Part shown: piece after piece, positions 44,067 through 54,509 of the stretch
Position numbering within the stretch: position 1 is the first letter of the stretch
Layout: each line of letters opens with the position of its first letter
Assembly (NCBI GenBank): GCA_965644315.1
Contig: CBFFRQ010000079.1
Span: forward strand, 248,001 to 312,000
Direction: 5' to 3'
DNA: 64,000 nt
Source of the DNA: Caecitellus pseudoparvulus
Lineage: Eukaryota; Protista; Bigyra: Bicosoecida
Translations under genes and position numbers: made by a program
Notes under the pieces: model-generated
Database searches by the model: none
Told to the model about the DNA's origin: nothing
Seen by the model: only the letters and a program-made list of their open reading frames with translations

Positions 44067-44253
44067 CTCGGCGCCGCAGTGGTCGGGACGCTGCAAATCA
44101 AAGTCACGGGATGGGGCTGTCCAGCAGAGCAAGCAATGCAGCAGGAATTGATTTTGCTTCGACTTTGATACGCTCGCAGCCGGTGAAGAGGGCGTTGACG
44201 GATTTCAAGTGCGAAGGTGCCAGTTGCTGCGACGCGAAAACCGCCACCCAGCC

Positions 44254-45384
44254 ATGGCGTGGGAGGGGGACCCTGGCGCCTTCCCCAAAGCAGGCCTGGA
44301 GCGCATCAGCTTCATGCAGCCGCAAAGCACCACTGCAGAGCAGACTCGCCAAGTGACTGCATCCCCCAGTCCCGCCAAGGCCCTAGGCAGCACCCGCCTC
44401 GCAGCCAAAGCAGCAGCAGCCGGCAGCCCAGGTGCCGGCAGCCCAGGGCGCAGCCCCAGCCCCAGCCGCAGCCCTGGTTTGGTGGACGGTGGCCGCCACG
44501 GGAAGCTTCCCCCCATGGCAGCCTCCCCCCAGCCCACCTCCCCCCCTCGTGGCATTCTGCGCAACGCAGGGGAGGCCCTGCACACCACGCCCAGCCCAGC
44601 GAAGCGCCGGCCCAACCTGCACTTGGACGTCAAAGCGAGGGGTGGCCGCGGGACACCAGGCGCCACCCTGCCCAGCACCAAGCAGCCCCTGTCCGCGGTG
44701 GGCGCCTCAGCCACCGCTGCCGCTCCCACTGCGCCTCCACAGCCAGACAGCGCAGAAGCCGCCTTCCCCTGGGAGCTCACAGCCCCAGACTACTTGCGCC
44801 GAGTGCTGTCCCTGGCCAAGCAGTGCGTGCAGGTGCTGGTGCAGGCTGCCGAGGCACAGGGGGCCCTGCCCGCCCCTCTGCCTGGGCAGAGCGCGTCGAG
44901 GCAGAGCAAGGTGCTGTTGCCTGGGCTAGTCAAGCGCCTCACCGCACCTGACCACACCATTGGCCTCAAGCGCTGGCTGCGCAGTGGACGGAAGCTGGAG
45001 GCGCTCCGGGTGGCTGCCGAACGCCTGGCCTGTGTGAGCGTGCCGCCGCCTTCCGTGGCCACCCCCCCCCTGCCCCACACCAGCCTCCTGCAGCACCCCG
45101 TGCAGGACCTGTTGGTGGTGGCATCCACTGCAGGCGCAGCGGCGGGCCAGGCCGGCGGCGAGGCGCACGATGCCGCCCTGGCCCTGCAACGCCGCATCGC
45201 GGAGCACACCGAGTCACAACGCAAGCGCCAGGGCGGCGCTGTGCAGCCCGACACTGACCCCACCCCCGAGGCATCTGATGCGCAGGTGGACCTGGACTCC
45301 ACCGCGCCACTCGACGCCCCAGCGCCAGTGAGCGGCCGCACGCAGCGTCGCCTGGCGCTCGCCACATCCGTAGGGGGATCGTAG
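44254..45384 (+). CDS. Hypothetical Pro/Ser/Ala-rich protein
   Basis: Kozak-like GCCATGG start, about 376 codons, no recognisable domain. Confidence 0.45.
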   Translation: MAWEGDPGAFPKAGLERISFMQPQSTTAEQTRQVTASPSPAKALGSTRLAAKAAAAGSPGAGSPGRSPSPSRSPGLVDGGRHGKLPPMAASPQPTSPPRGILRNAGEALHTTPSPAKRRPNLHLDVKARGGRGTPGATLPSTKQPLSAVGASATAAAPTAPPQPDSAEAAFPWELTAPDYLRRVLSLAKQCVQVLVQAAEAQGALPAPLPGQSASRQSKVLLPGLVKRLTAPDHTIGLKRWLRSGRKLEALRVAAERLACVSVPPPSVATPPLPHTSLLQHPVQDLLVVASTAGAAAGQAGGEAHDAALALQRRIAEHTESQRKRQGGAVQPDTDPTPEASDAQVDLDSTAPLDAPAPVSGRTQRRLALATSVGGS

Positions 45385-45624
45385 CATCGGTAGTGTTTCC
45401 GGACTTGGCTTCGCATGGGTTTTTGTTGGGAGGAAAGGGCAGGGCTCTACACTCCCTCGAACTCTGCAAGTGCGCTCAAACCTCGGGCGGTGTCAAACTC
45501 CTGCTGTCAAGCGTACGACTGACTCAATGAAAATATTCTCCATCAAGGGTGCTGGATGAGATCGCTACTGCTACCTTCCGTGCTTGCGCTCTGGGAGCAG
45601 CACTTCAGAGTTTTGTCGCTTCAC

Positions 45625-45649
45625 GTGCGGAATCTGGCTCCACCACGCC
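45625..45649 (+). promoter_or_regulatory. Conserved 25-nt leader before each ankyrin gene ATG (also at 46906-46930 and 48554-48578)
   Basis: GTGCGGAATCTGGnTCCACCACGCC-ATGGC precedes all three paralogs, while the sequence further upstream is unrelated. Confidence 0.6.
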
Positions 45650-46681
45650 ATGGCAGATAACAGCGACCCCAGTAGTTGGTTGGGTCGTTGGCGGGCAGCG
45701 TGTGATGGGAAGGACGCAACGTGTCTGATGGCACTGCTTGATGAAGGTCGCGAATCGGGGAAATCCAGCTTGGGGGCGCTGGAGCCGGGTGATGTATCGA
45801 AGGCGGCGGACGTGGCTTGCCAGGTGGGCGATGTTGACTTGTTGAGGCAGCTGATTGGTTTGGTCGAGGAGGGCGTGTGTGGTGGGCATGGTGTGTTTGA
45901 CAGGGCATTTCTTGCAGCGTGCGGGGCGGGGCACGTGGGCATGGTGCGTGAGCTGTTAGCTTTGAGCGGTGTCGCTGCGGTGGATGTGCATGTGAGGAAC
46001 ATGGGCAATCCTGAGTTTGGCTTCTTTTATGCTTGTTTCAAGGGGCACGTGAATGTGGTACGCGAGCTACTTGCATTGACCGGTGCTCGTGAGGTGGACG
46101 TGCATGCGGGTCGCAGGGGCCATCGTGAGTCTGGCTTCATTGCTGCTTGCCAGAAAGGACATCTGGCAGTGGTGCGTGAGCTGCTGGCTCTGTCCGGGCA
46201 TCGAGCTGTTGACGTGCACGCAGGGCCTAAGGATGAGCCTGAGGCTGGCTTCCGATGGGCGTGTGTGAATGGGCACATTGATGTAGTGCGCGAGCTGCTT
46301 GCACTGACCGGTGAACGAGAGGTGGATGTTCACGCTGGACCTGAAGGCTGTCCTGAGTTTGGATTTCAGCTTGCCTGTCAGAACGGCCATGTGGACGTGG
46401 TTCGAGAGTTGCTGGCGCTGAGCGGACATCGCGAGGTTGATGTGCACGCTGGGGCTGACGGTGAGCCTGAGGCTGGTTTTCGCGCTGCCTGTGAGGATGG
46501 GCACGCTGATGTGGTGCGTGAGCTGCTGGGCCTGACAGGGCACCGAGCCATTCCCCTGCATGAAAGGCTTGCCGCTAAGGAGGTGACTGTGCAGCCAGCC
46601 AAAGATGCTGTGTGGTGCGGCACCAGCACTCGTCAGGGGCGGCGTGCCATGGTGCTGCTGCGGGCAGGCACAGCGCGGTGA
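45650..46681 (+). CDS. Ankyrin-repeat protein paralog 1 (6 repeats of 38 aa)
   Basis: Repeat unit ExxFxxACxxGHxxVVRELLALxGxRxVDVH, with N- and C-caps shared with paralogs 2 and 3. Intronless. Confidence 0.88.
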   Translation: MADNSDPSSWLGRWRAACDGKDATCLMALLDEGRESGKSSLGALEPGDVSKAADVACQVGDVDLLRQLIGLVEEGVCGGHGVFDRAFLAACGAGHVGMVRELLALSGVAAVDVHVRNMGNPEFGFFYACFKGHVNVVRELLALTGAREVDVHAGRRGHRESGFIAACQKGHLAVVRELLALSGHRAVDVHAGPKDEPEAGFRWACVNGHIDVVRELLALTGEREVDVHAGPEGCPEFGFQLACQNGHVDVVRELLALSGHREVDVHAGADGEPEAGFRAACEDGHADVVRELLGLTGHRAIPLHERLAAKEVTVQPAKDAVWCGTSTRQGRRAMVLLRAGTAR

Positions 46682-46930
46682 TGGAGGTGTGCTTGCTGTG
46701 GTGCGGTCTGTGGCTGTAGCGTTGAATGCGGTGTGCGACGGGTGTGGGGAGGGGAGTGTTGCCCCTTCCGAGGCAATGCATGACAGTTGGCGCGGCAGGG
46801 CAAACTGCACACTCCAATCAGGTAGCGTGTGGCGTCTCATTGTTCGCTGGCGTGCTTGGCAGGCTGGTATGGGAGCGCCCCGTGCGGCGAAGAGTGTTGC
46901 GAAGAGTGCGGAATCTGGTTCCACCACGCC

Positions 46931-48304
46931 ATGGCTGTTGCTGTCGACCCCAGCAGTTGGTTGGGTCGCTGGCGGGCAGCGTGTGATGCGAAGGACGCCA
47001 AGTGTCTGCTGGAGCTGTTAGGTGAGGCGTCTGACGAGGCCCAGGGGAGCAAGGGCTCTCTGAGTGAGGGTAATGTGACTGCTGGTGCAGTTGTTGCTGG
47101 TGCTGCAGGGGATGTTGAGCTGCTGCGGGGGCTGTTGGACGTAGCGGCTGGTCGGGGTTTGGACATGACGAGTGTATTTGGCAGGGCGTTGCAGGCAGCA
47201 TGCGAGGGTGGTCACGTGAGTGTGGTGCGAGAGCTGCTGGCGCTGGAGGGGGGCCGAGCTGTGGACGTGCACGCCGGGTTCTGGGGCGCTCCCGAGGCTG
47301 GATTTCGGCTCGCCTGTGCGAATGGACATGTCGCTGTTGTGCGGGAGTTGCTGGCGCTGAGCGGGCACCGTGAGGTGGATGTGCATGCTGGGAGAAAGAG
47401 TGAGCGAGAGGGTGGTTTCCGAGCTGCTTGTGAAAATGGGCACGTTGAGGTGGTACGTGAGCTGCTGTCACTGAGCGGACACCGCGAAGTTGATGTGCAC
47501 GCGGGTATTTGGGGCGACCCTGAGCACGGTTTCCGAGTTGCATGTGGAAATGGCCATGTTGACGTGGTGCGGGAGCTGCTGGCGCTGACGGGGCATCGCG
47601 CAGTGGATGTGCATGCTGGGCCTGTGGGCAGGCCTGAGGCCGCCTTCCGCTTGGCATGTGAGAGAGGACATCTCACTGTGGTGCGCGAGCTGCTGGCTCT
47701 GACAGGTGATCGAGCCGTGGATGTACATGTGGGGTTCAATGGAAACCCTGAGTATGCTTTTCGACTTGCCTGCCGAAACGGCCACGTGGATGTAGTGCGC
47801 GAGCTGCTGGCGCTGGAGGGCCCTAGAACAGTGAATGTGCATGCAGGACCCACAGGGGACCGCGAACATGGCTTCCGATGGGCATGTGAGAATGGGCACA
47901 TCGATGTAGTGCGCGAGCTGCTGGCTCTGAGCGGTGATCGAGAAGTGGATGTTCACGCCGGACCTGAGGCTGGGCCAGAGTATGGCTTCCGTTGGGCGTG
48001 TAGGAATGGCCACGTGAATGTGGTGCGGGAGCTGCTGGCTTTGAGCGGTGATCGAGAAGTTGATGTGCACGCAGGATTCCGGGACGAGCCAGAGTATGGC
48101 TTCCATGTCGCATGTACTCGTGGCTACCCAAGTGTGGTACGTGAGCTGCTGGGCCTGACAGGGCACCGAGCCATTCCCCTGCATGAACGGCTTGCCGCTG
48201 GACAGGCAGCTGTGCAGCCAGCCAAGAATGCCGTGTGGGGCGGCACCTGCACTCGTCAGGGGCGGCGTGCCATGGTGCTGCTGCGGGCAGGCGCAGCGCG
48301 GTGA
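46931..48304 (+). CDS. Ankyrin-repeat protein paralog 2 (9 repeats)
   Basis: Same 114-bp module and caps as paralog 1; 457 aa, which is paralog 1 plus 3 x 38 aa. Confidence 0.88.
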   Translation: MAVAVDPSSWLGRWRAACDAKDAKCLLELLGEASDEAQGSKGSLSEGNVTAGAVVAGAAGDVELLRGLLDVAAGRGLDMTSVFGRALQAACEGGHVSVVRELLALEGGRAVDVHAGFWGAPEAGFRLACANGHVAVVRELLALSGHREVDVHAGRKSEREGGFRAACENGHVEVVRELLSLSGHREVDVHAGIWGDPEHGFRVACGNGHVDVVRELLALTGHRAVDVHAGPVGRPEAAFRLACERGHLTVVRELLALTGDRAVDVHVGFNGNPEYAFRLACRNGHVDVVRELLALEGPRTVNVHAGPTGDREHGFRWACENGHIDVVRELLALSGDREVDVHAGPEAGPEYGFRWACRNGHVNVVRELLALSGDREVDVHAGFRDEPEYGFHVACTRGYPSVVRELLGLTGHRAIPLHERLAAGQAAVQPAKNAVWGGTCTRQGRRAMVLLRAGAAR

Positions 48305-48578
48305 TGGAGGTGTGTGTAGGGGCAGGCTCGGTGTGAGTGGGTGGGTGGGAGGGCCAATGCATGTGTGGCAGGTGAGTTGGGTGTGCTCTGGGGGAGGCCG
48401 AGGCATTTCGCAAGGGGGTGTGTGCATCAATCGTGCCCAGCAAATCCAATCCAGTGCTGTGCAGTGGGTGCTGTACGGGCATGTGTGTGGAAGTGGTGCA
48501 CTGGCGTGATTGGGCACCTGTGGGTGTCTTAGGGCGTGAGGTGTGTGGGGTGTGTGCGGAATCTGGGTCCACCACGCC

Positions 48579-49841
48579 ATGGCTGTTGCTACCGACCCCA
48601 GCAGTTTGTTGGGTCGCTGGCGGGCAGCGTGTGATGGAGAGGACGCCAAGTGTCTGCTGGCACTGCTTGATGAAGGTCGTGAGTCGGGGAAGACCAGCTT
48701 GGCGGCTTTTGAGCCGGGTGATGTGTCTGTGGCGGCGAGCGTAGCTTGCGAGGCAGGTGAAGTTGACTTGTTGAGGCAGCTGATTGGTTTGGTCGAGGAG
48801 GGCGTGTGTGGTGAGCATGGTGTGTTCAACAGGGCATTTCTAGCAGCGTGCGCGGCGGGACACGTGGGCATGGTGCGTGAGCTGTTAGCTTTGAGCGGTG
48901 TCGCTGCGGTGGATGTGCATGCTGAGGGTCTGCAATTTGGGCGTGAGGGTGGCTTCAAACTGGCCTGCAAGGGCGGTCATCTCGATATTGTGCGTGAGCT
49001 ACTTGCACTGACGGGAGCTCGTGAGGTGGATGTGCATTCGGAGTTCATGGGCTATCCTGAGTACGGATTTCAGCTCGCCTGTCAGAATGGGCACGCTGAT
49101 GTTGTACGCGAGCTCCTGGCTTCGACCGGTGCTCGTGAGGTGGACGTGCATGTGGGTCGCAGGGGCCATCGTGAGTCTGGCTTCATTGCTGCTTGCCAGA
49201 AAGGACATCTGGCAGTGGTGCGTGAGCTGCTGGCTTTGACTGGTGATCGAGCTGTTGACGTGCACGCAGGACCTAAGGATGAGCCTGAGGCTGGCTTCCG
49301 ATGGGCGTGTGTGAATGGGCACATTGATGTAGTGCGCGAGCTGCTTGCACTGACCGGTGAACGAGAGGTGGATGTTCACGCTGGACCTGAGGGCCGGCGT
49401 GAATTTGGATTTCAGCTTGCCTGCAAGTATGGTCACATTGATGTGGTTCGAGAGCTACTTGCTTTGGTAGGTGACCGGGCAGTGGATGTGCATGCTGGAC
49501 CAGAAGGTGAGCCTGAGGCCGGCTTTCGACGTGCTTGTCAGAACGGCCATGTTGACGTGGTTCGAGAGCTGCTGGCGCTGAGCGGACATCGCGAGGTTGA
49601 TGTGCATGCTGGGGTTGAGGGGGAGCCTGAGGCTGCCTTCCGAATGGCCTGTGAGGATGAGCACGTGGATGTGGTGCGCGAGCTGCTGGGCCTGACGGGG
49701 CACCGAGCCATTCCCCTGCATGAACGACTTGCCGCTGGACAGGCAGCTGTGCAGCCAGCCAAGGATGCCGTGTGGTGCGGCACCAGTACACGTCAGGGGC
49801 GAGGCACCATGGTGCTGCTGCGAGCAGGCCCAGTGCAGTAA
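48579..49841 (+). CDS. Ankyrin-repeat protein paralog 3 (8 repeats)
   Basis: Same module and caps; shares near-identical modules with paralog 1. Confidence 0.88.
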   Translation: MAVATDPSSLLGRWRAACDGEDAKCLLALLDEGRESGKTSLAAFEPGDVSVAASVACEAGEVDLLRQLIGLVEEGVCGEHGVFNRAFLAACAAGHVGMVRELLALSGVAAVDVHAEGLQFGREGGFKLACKGGHLDIVRELLALTGAREVDVHSEFMGYPEYGFQLACQNGHADVVRELLASTGAREVDVHVGRRGHRESGFIAACQKGHLAVVRELLALTGDRAVDVHAGPKDEPEAGFRWACVNGHIDVVRELLALTGEREVDVHAGPEGRREFGFQLACKYGHIDVVRELLALVGDRAVDVHAGPEGEPEAGFRRACQNGHVDVVRELLALSGHREVDVHAGVEGEPEAAFRMACEDEHVDVVRELLGLTGHRAIPLHERLAAGQAAVQPAKDAVWCGTSTRQGRGTMVLLRAGPVQ

Positions 49842-50115
49842 TAGTGCATGATGTAGGCTGAAGTTTGCAGCTGCATTGGTAGCTTCGTGCATCGAGCTTG
49901 CGCTTCTGCCTGGCGCACACGCAAGTTCCACACAGCAATTCGGGCAATTCACAAAAGGCAAGAAAACTCAAGTCGTTGTAGTCGGCGATTCCCTGGGTGA
50001 TCGTCCACTCGCTGTCAACCACAGCCCTTGCTTCTTGCGGGCTCCGTAGTGCAGCGGCTCGAGCTACGCTCGCACGCGACCAAGGCTCGCACGGTTACAG
50101 CCTATTTGGCTCACC

Positions 50116-50789
50116 ATGGGCTCAGGGCCTTCGAAGGAAAAGCGCAAGGCTCTGCGAAGACAACAGGTCTCGTATCAGACTGAGCCTGTGGACGGCAACA
50201 CCCCCCTTGCACGTGTGGACGGCGGTGAGTGGTTGGCGTTTCATGAGACGAAACGCAAACTTGCACTGGCAGGGGCTTGGTTTGCGCAGGGACGTTCCAC
50301 AAAGCGGAGGACCCCCGAGGCGGGAATCCAGACGGTAGTAAGGCGTACTCATTCATGCCAAAGCGGGACAATCGCAACTTGGCCTCCAGGCAGCTGTATG
50401 TGCGGCGCGTGCCAGGGGCCGCGGCACGCCGGGATGGCAAGCAGGTATTCTACGTGCGCATGAAGAAGCGGGCCCTGACAGTGGGGCCATCTTGGAATGA
50501 TGCCCAGGGCCGGGTGGAGCCTCTGGCTCCCTCTGGCCGTCCCGCCTCCATGCCAGTGTCTCCGTCAGTGATCACGGCGGAAGGCAAGGCGGGGGACACA
50601 ACGCTACCCCCGGCGGGCGCCTCGCCCACGCCAGACGCGGCTCCCCCCTCTCAACCTCACGACGCACAAGCCATCGGGCACTTGCCTGCCGAGCCGGCTG
50701 CCGGCTTGCCAGCTTCGGGCTGGAGCGCACGTGAGGAGAAGGCTGCACCGCCGCCGACGGCCGCTTCCACAGAGGAGTTACCGGTTTGA
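50116..50789 (+). CDS. Small hypothetical protein with an MG N-terminus (possible myristoylation); exons 50116-50224 and 50290-50789
   Basis: MGSGPSKEKRK start. A 65-nt phase-1 intron (GTGAGT..GCGCAG) joins two ORFs. Confidence 0.5.
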
Positions 50790-51222
50790 GGCAGAGTGGT
50801 GGCGCACACAAGGCAAGGGTCCACACATCGGCATTGGCCCCGTGGCGTGTCGGCGTCTGGCTGAGGCGCCTGGGCTGCCTGCAATCCTGTTGGGCTGGGG
50901 GGGTGGGAGGTGCGCAGTGCTCGGCAGGGCAGTCAGGGCGAACGTTACAGCGCGCTGGAAGGGACACACGCCATCGGTGCTATGGCTACCGCAGGCCTCG
51001 GCTGGCTGCAGGTCTGTAGTCGTGCTGTGAGTGAGGGGCATGTGTGTGAGCATGCCTCCTTCCCAGCGACCACCGTCTTGGGAGCAAGCGAGGCAGCACG
51101 CAGCACGTGTACACCTCCACCAATTTATTTCCTACTAGACAATCTTCCAGGCCTGCTCAGCGAGTGCGCTGGCTGCTGCCCAGCCAGCAGTGCAGTGCCG
51201 CGTCCTCGCCAGCCTGCCTAGC

Positions 51223-54142
51223 ATGGCGGACCACCACCACCGCCCCGGCGGGCTCAAACAGAGCAACAAGAAGCACAAGATCCCAGGGCGGGCCAAGGCA
51301 TCGAACAATCGCAGCTCTTTGGGCCGTGTCGAGAGCAAGATTAAGGGGTTGACGAAGAAGGAGACGTGCGTGTGCAGGAGAGCCTCGCGCAGCGCTGGGA
51401 AGCGCCCAAGACGACTCCCCTTACTGCCAACACAGACTAACGGAGGCGAAGAAGCGCCGGGTGAACCGAGCAAAGCAGTTGATGGCACAGAAGCGTGAGG
51501 AGGCACGCGTGCATCGCAGGCTGGGTGCGTGGCGAGGTGTTCGCGGGGTTCCTGCTGGGCGCCTTTCAATTTCCGCGTCGCCTTCCCGCTTTCTCGCAGG
51601 CCTTGGGGGCGGCAAGGGTGCGCCCAAGCACGTGGCCGTGTTCGAGTTGGGCCCAGGCACATCTGCAGTGGCAGCCATCGATGCATTGCTGGGGAAGGCT
51701 TCCAAGCTTGCAGACCCCGACCCCACCTGCGAATGGGGCCGGCCTGTGACGGCGTACTTTGCGACGGAGAAGCAGGCCATGACCTTCACAGCATGCTCCC
51801 GAGGCGCGCATGGCGACGTGGCACGTGCCGTGGCAGTTGCGCGCATGGCGGACGTGGTGATGCTGCTGATGAACCCTGTGGGCGGGGCGGCGGGCGACGT
51901 GGACGCCAGCGTGGACTGCGCCGGAAAGGAGTTCCTCACAGCGCTCAAGGCGGCCGGCACGCCCGCCATCGTGGGCGGGACACAGGGCCTGCTGGCCCTC
52001 ACCAACCGCAAGAAGCAGGCGGAGGCTCGCAAGTGGGCCACGGCTGTCTTCGAGGACCAGTTCCCCGGCAAGACCACCAAGACGGCGGACTGCGACAACG
52101 CCGTGGCTGTGCTGCGGGCCCTGGCCACTGTGCGCCCCAAGCCTGTGGCGTGGCTGACCCACCGGCCGTACATGCTGGCCACGGCCCTGCAGTTCACCCC
52201 CACAGGGCGTGTGCCCACGCCCACCCCCGCCGCACCCACCAGCGACCCGGAAGCCCTCGTGGCGGCGGCGGTGTCCCCCCTGGGGCTGCCTGACCCCGAC
52301 GCGGTGGCAGCCTTTGGCCGGGCTTACAGCAGTATGCCGGCGGAAATGGAAGTGGGGACGCTGGAGATCAGCGGGTACTTGCGAGGGTGCCCGCTGCACG
52401 TGGACGGGCTCGTGCACATCAGTGGTGTGGGCACATACCCAGTGCAGAGTGTGACGGCCCCTCGGGGGTTGTTGGAGGGGGGTGCAGGCAGCAGCGCTGG
52501 GTCGCCTGTCGTGGTGGCGACGGCAGACCCCAGCGAAGTGGAGGACCAGCACACGCTGGGAGAGGAAGACATGACTGCCGGCGAGCAGACGTGGCCGACG
52601 GCGGAGGAGGAGGCGGCTGCGGCGGCGGAGGCCCGGCTGAAGGCGTTGACCAAGGCGACGGGCAGCAAGACGCAGGCTGTGTGGTTGGACGCCATCGGGG
52701 AAGGCGACGAGGAGCTGGCAGCTGCGGGGGGCGTCGAGGCGCTCCTGGCTCAGGACGACGAGGGCAGTGAGGGGGAGGATGAGGATGCCACCAGTGTGGC
52801 GGAGACGGCGGCGCCGACCAAGACGGAGCTGCGGGCGGCGGCGGCGGCGGCGGAGCGGGAGCACCTGGAGTTCCCAGACGAGGTGGACACGCCAGGGGAC
52901 GTGCCGGCCCGCCAGCGCTTCGCCCGGTACCGCGGCATGCGCTCCTTTCGCACGTCGCCGTGGGACCCCCAGGAGAGCCTGCCGCGGTCCTACGCCCGAA
53001 TCTTCCAGCTGGGCAACTTCGCCGCCTCCCAGCGAGCCATCCTGAAGGACAGCTCTGTGGCGGAGGCGACGGTGGCCAAGGTGGAGCGGCACCTGCAGGA
53101 GCAGGAGCGTGCCGCGAAACGTGCAGGGGGGGCTGACGCCGCAGTCCCCGGTGCCGGTGGCCAGTCGGCGCTGGAGGTGGCACAACAGCTGACGCAGCAT
53201 GCAGGGGAGGGGTGGGTGCCCCAGGGCCGGTACGTGTGCTTGACCATCACGGGCGTGCCGGCGGCTGTCGTGCTGCAGCGCTTGAAGCCCGAGCCGCTGA
53301 CTGTGCTGGGGCTGCTGCCACACGAGCACCGGACCAGCATCATGCACTTCAACGTGAAGCGCATTTCGCCCGAGGTGCCAGCGGGGGAGGATGGCGACGG
53401 GGAGGCCGCCGCCGTTGCGGCTGGACTGCCGGCTGACTTCGTGGCGGTGAACGGTGTCCGCTGTGCGCCCATCAAGAGCAAGACGGACCTGGAGTTCGTC
53501 ATCGGCACCCGCCGCATTATGACTCGGGCGGTGTTCAGCGAGAACGCCCTCAACTGCGACAAGGCCAAGTTCGAAAAGTACCTGCACGCAGACAGGTGGA
53601 CACAGGCCACTGCCTTTGCCCCCATCACCTTCGGCGCTGTGCCGGTGCTAGTGTATGCGGCAGGTAGAGACGGCACGCGGGTGCTGGTGGCCGCGGGCAC
53701 TGCCGCCAGCTGCGAGCCAGACCGCATCATTCTGAAGAAGATCATCCTGTCAGGGTACCCGTTGAAGTGCAAGCGGCGGGGTGCTATGGTCAAGTACATG
53801 TTCCACAACCCCGAGGACATTCGGTACTTCAAGCCGGTGGAGCTGTGGACCAAGCACGGCCTGGCTGGACGCATCCGGGAGCCGGTGGGCACACACGGCA
53901 GCATGAAGTGCCACTTCTCCGGCAGCGTGTACAGCCACGACACGGTGTGCATGTCGCTGTTCAAGCGCGTGTACCCGCGGTGGGGCGCGAGCTACCGGCA
54001 CCTGGTGGGGGACGCCGCCATGGAGGCGTCTGTGGGCTCCACCATTGCAGGGCCTCTGGGCACCACCACTGGGGCTGCTCCTAACCCCCTGGATGCCTTC
54101 ATGGCGGCGCAGGAGCAGGAGAGTGACGCGCGCCTCGCATGA
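51223..54142 (+). CDS. TSR1: Pre-rRNA-processing protein TSR1 (40S biogenesis), two 5' introns
   Basis: HRPGGLKQSNKKHK, EFPDEVDTP..ARQRFARYRGMRSFRTSPWDP.E.LP..YARIF, DRIILKKIILSGYP and I.EPVGTHG.MKC.F. Confidence 0.95.
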
Positions 54143-54239
54143 GCGCTGTTCACAGTTTCGGGGACGGGCCGCACAATTCACTGGTCGAGCGAACCCGGGC
54201 AGTGCTGCTTTCTCTGCCGCGCTGTGCTGCCAGAGCGCC

Positions 54240-54506
54240 ATGGCTTCCAGCGAGCCGTTCATTGTGACTGTGCTGTTCTTCGCTGCGGCCCGCGACGCGG
54301 CAGGCTGCTCCAGCACAGAGTTTCACGCTGAAACGCCGGTCAGCGCCCAAGCCGTGATCGAGGCGCTGGCAAGCGGAAACGCAGGGCTCAAGGCCTTCGT
54401 CTCCTCCCCGTACTTACTTGCAGTGGACGAGGAGTACGTGGAAGGTGACTTCCTCATTTCTGCCGCCTGCGAGTTGGCCCTGCTCCCGCCGGTGTCAGGT
54501 GGCTGA
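54240..54506 (+). CDS. MOCS2A: Molybdopterin synthase sulfur-carrier subunit (MoaD-like)
   Basis: VTVLFFAAARD, LAVDEEYV and a C-terminal ELALLPPVSGG di-glycine end. Confidence 0.92.
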   Translation: MASSEPFIVTVLFFAAARDAAGCSSTEFHAETPVSAQAVIEALASGNAGLKAFVSSPYLLAVDEEYVEGDFLISAACELALLPPVSGG

Positions 54507-54509
54507 GGC

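Noticed and set aside
54504-54506. In-frame TGA between MOCS2A and MOCS2B as selenocysteine
   Set aside because: It falls exactly after the terminal Gly-Gly that must be free, it is not at a Cys-equivalent position, and I recognised no SECIS element.
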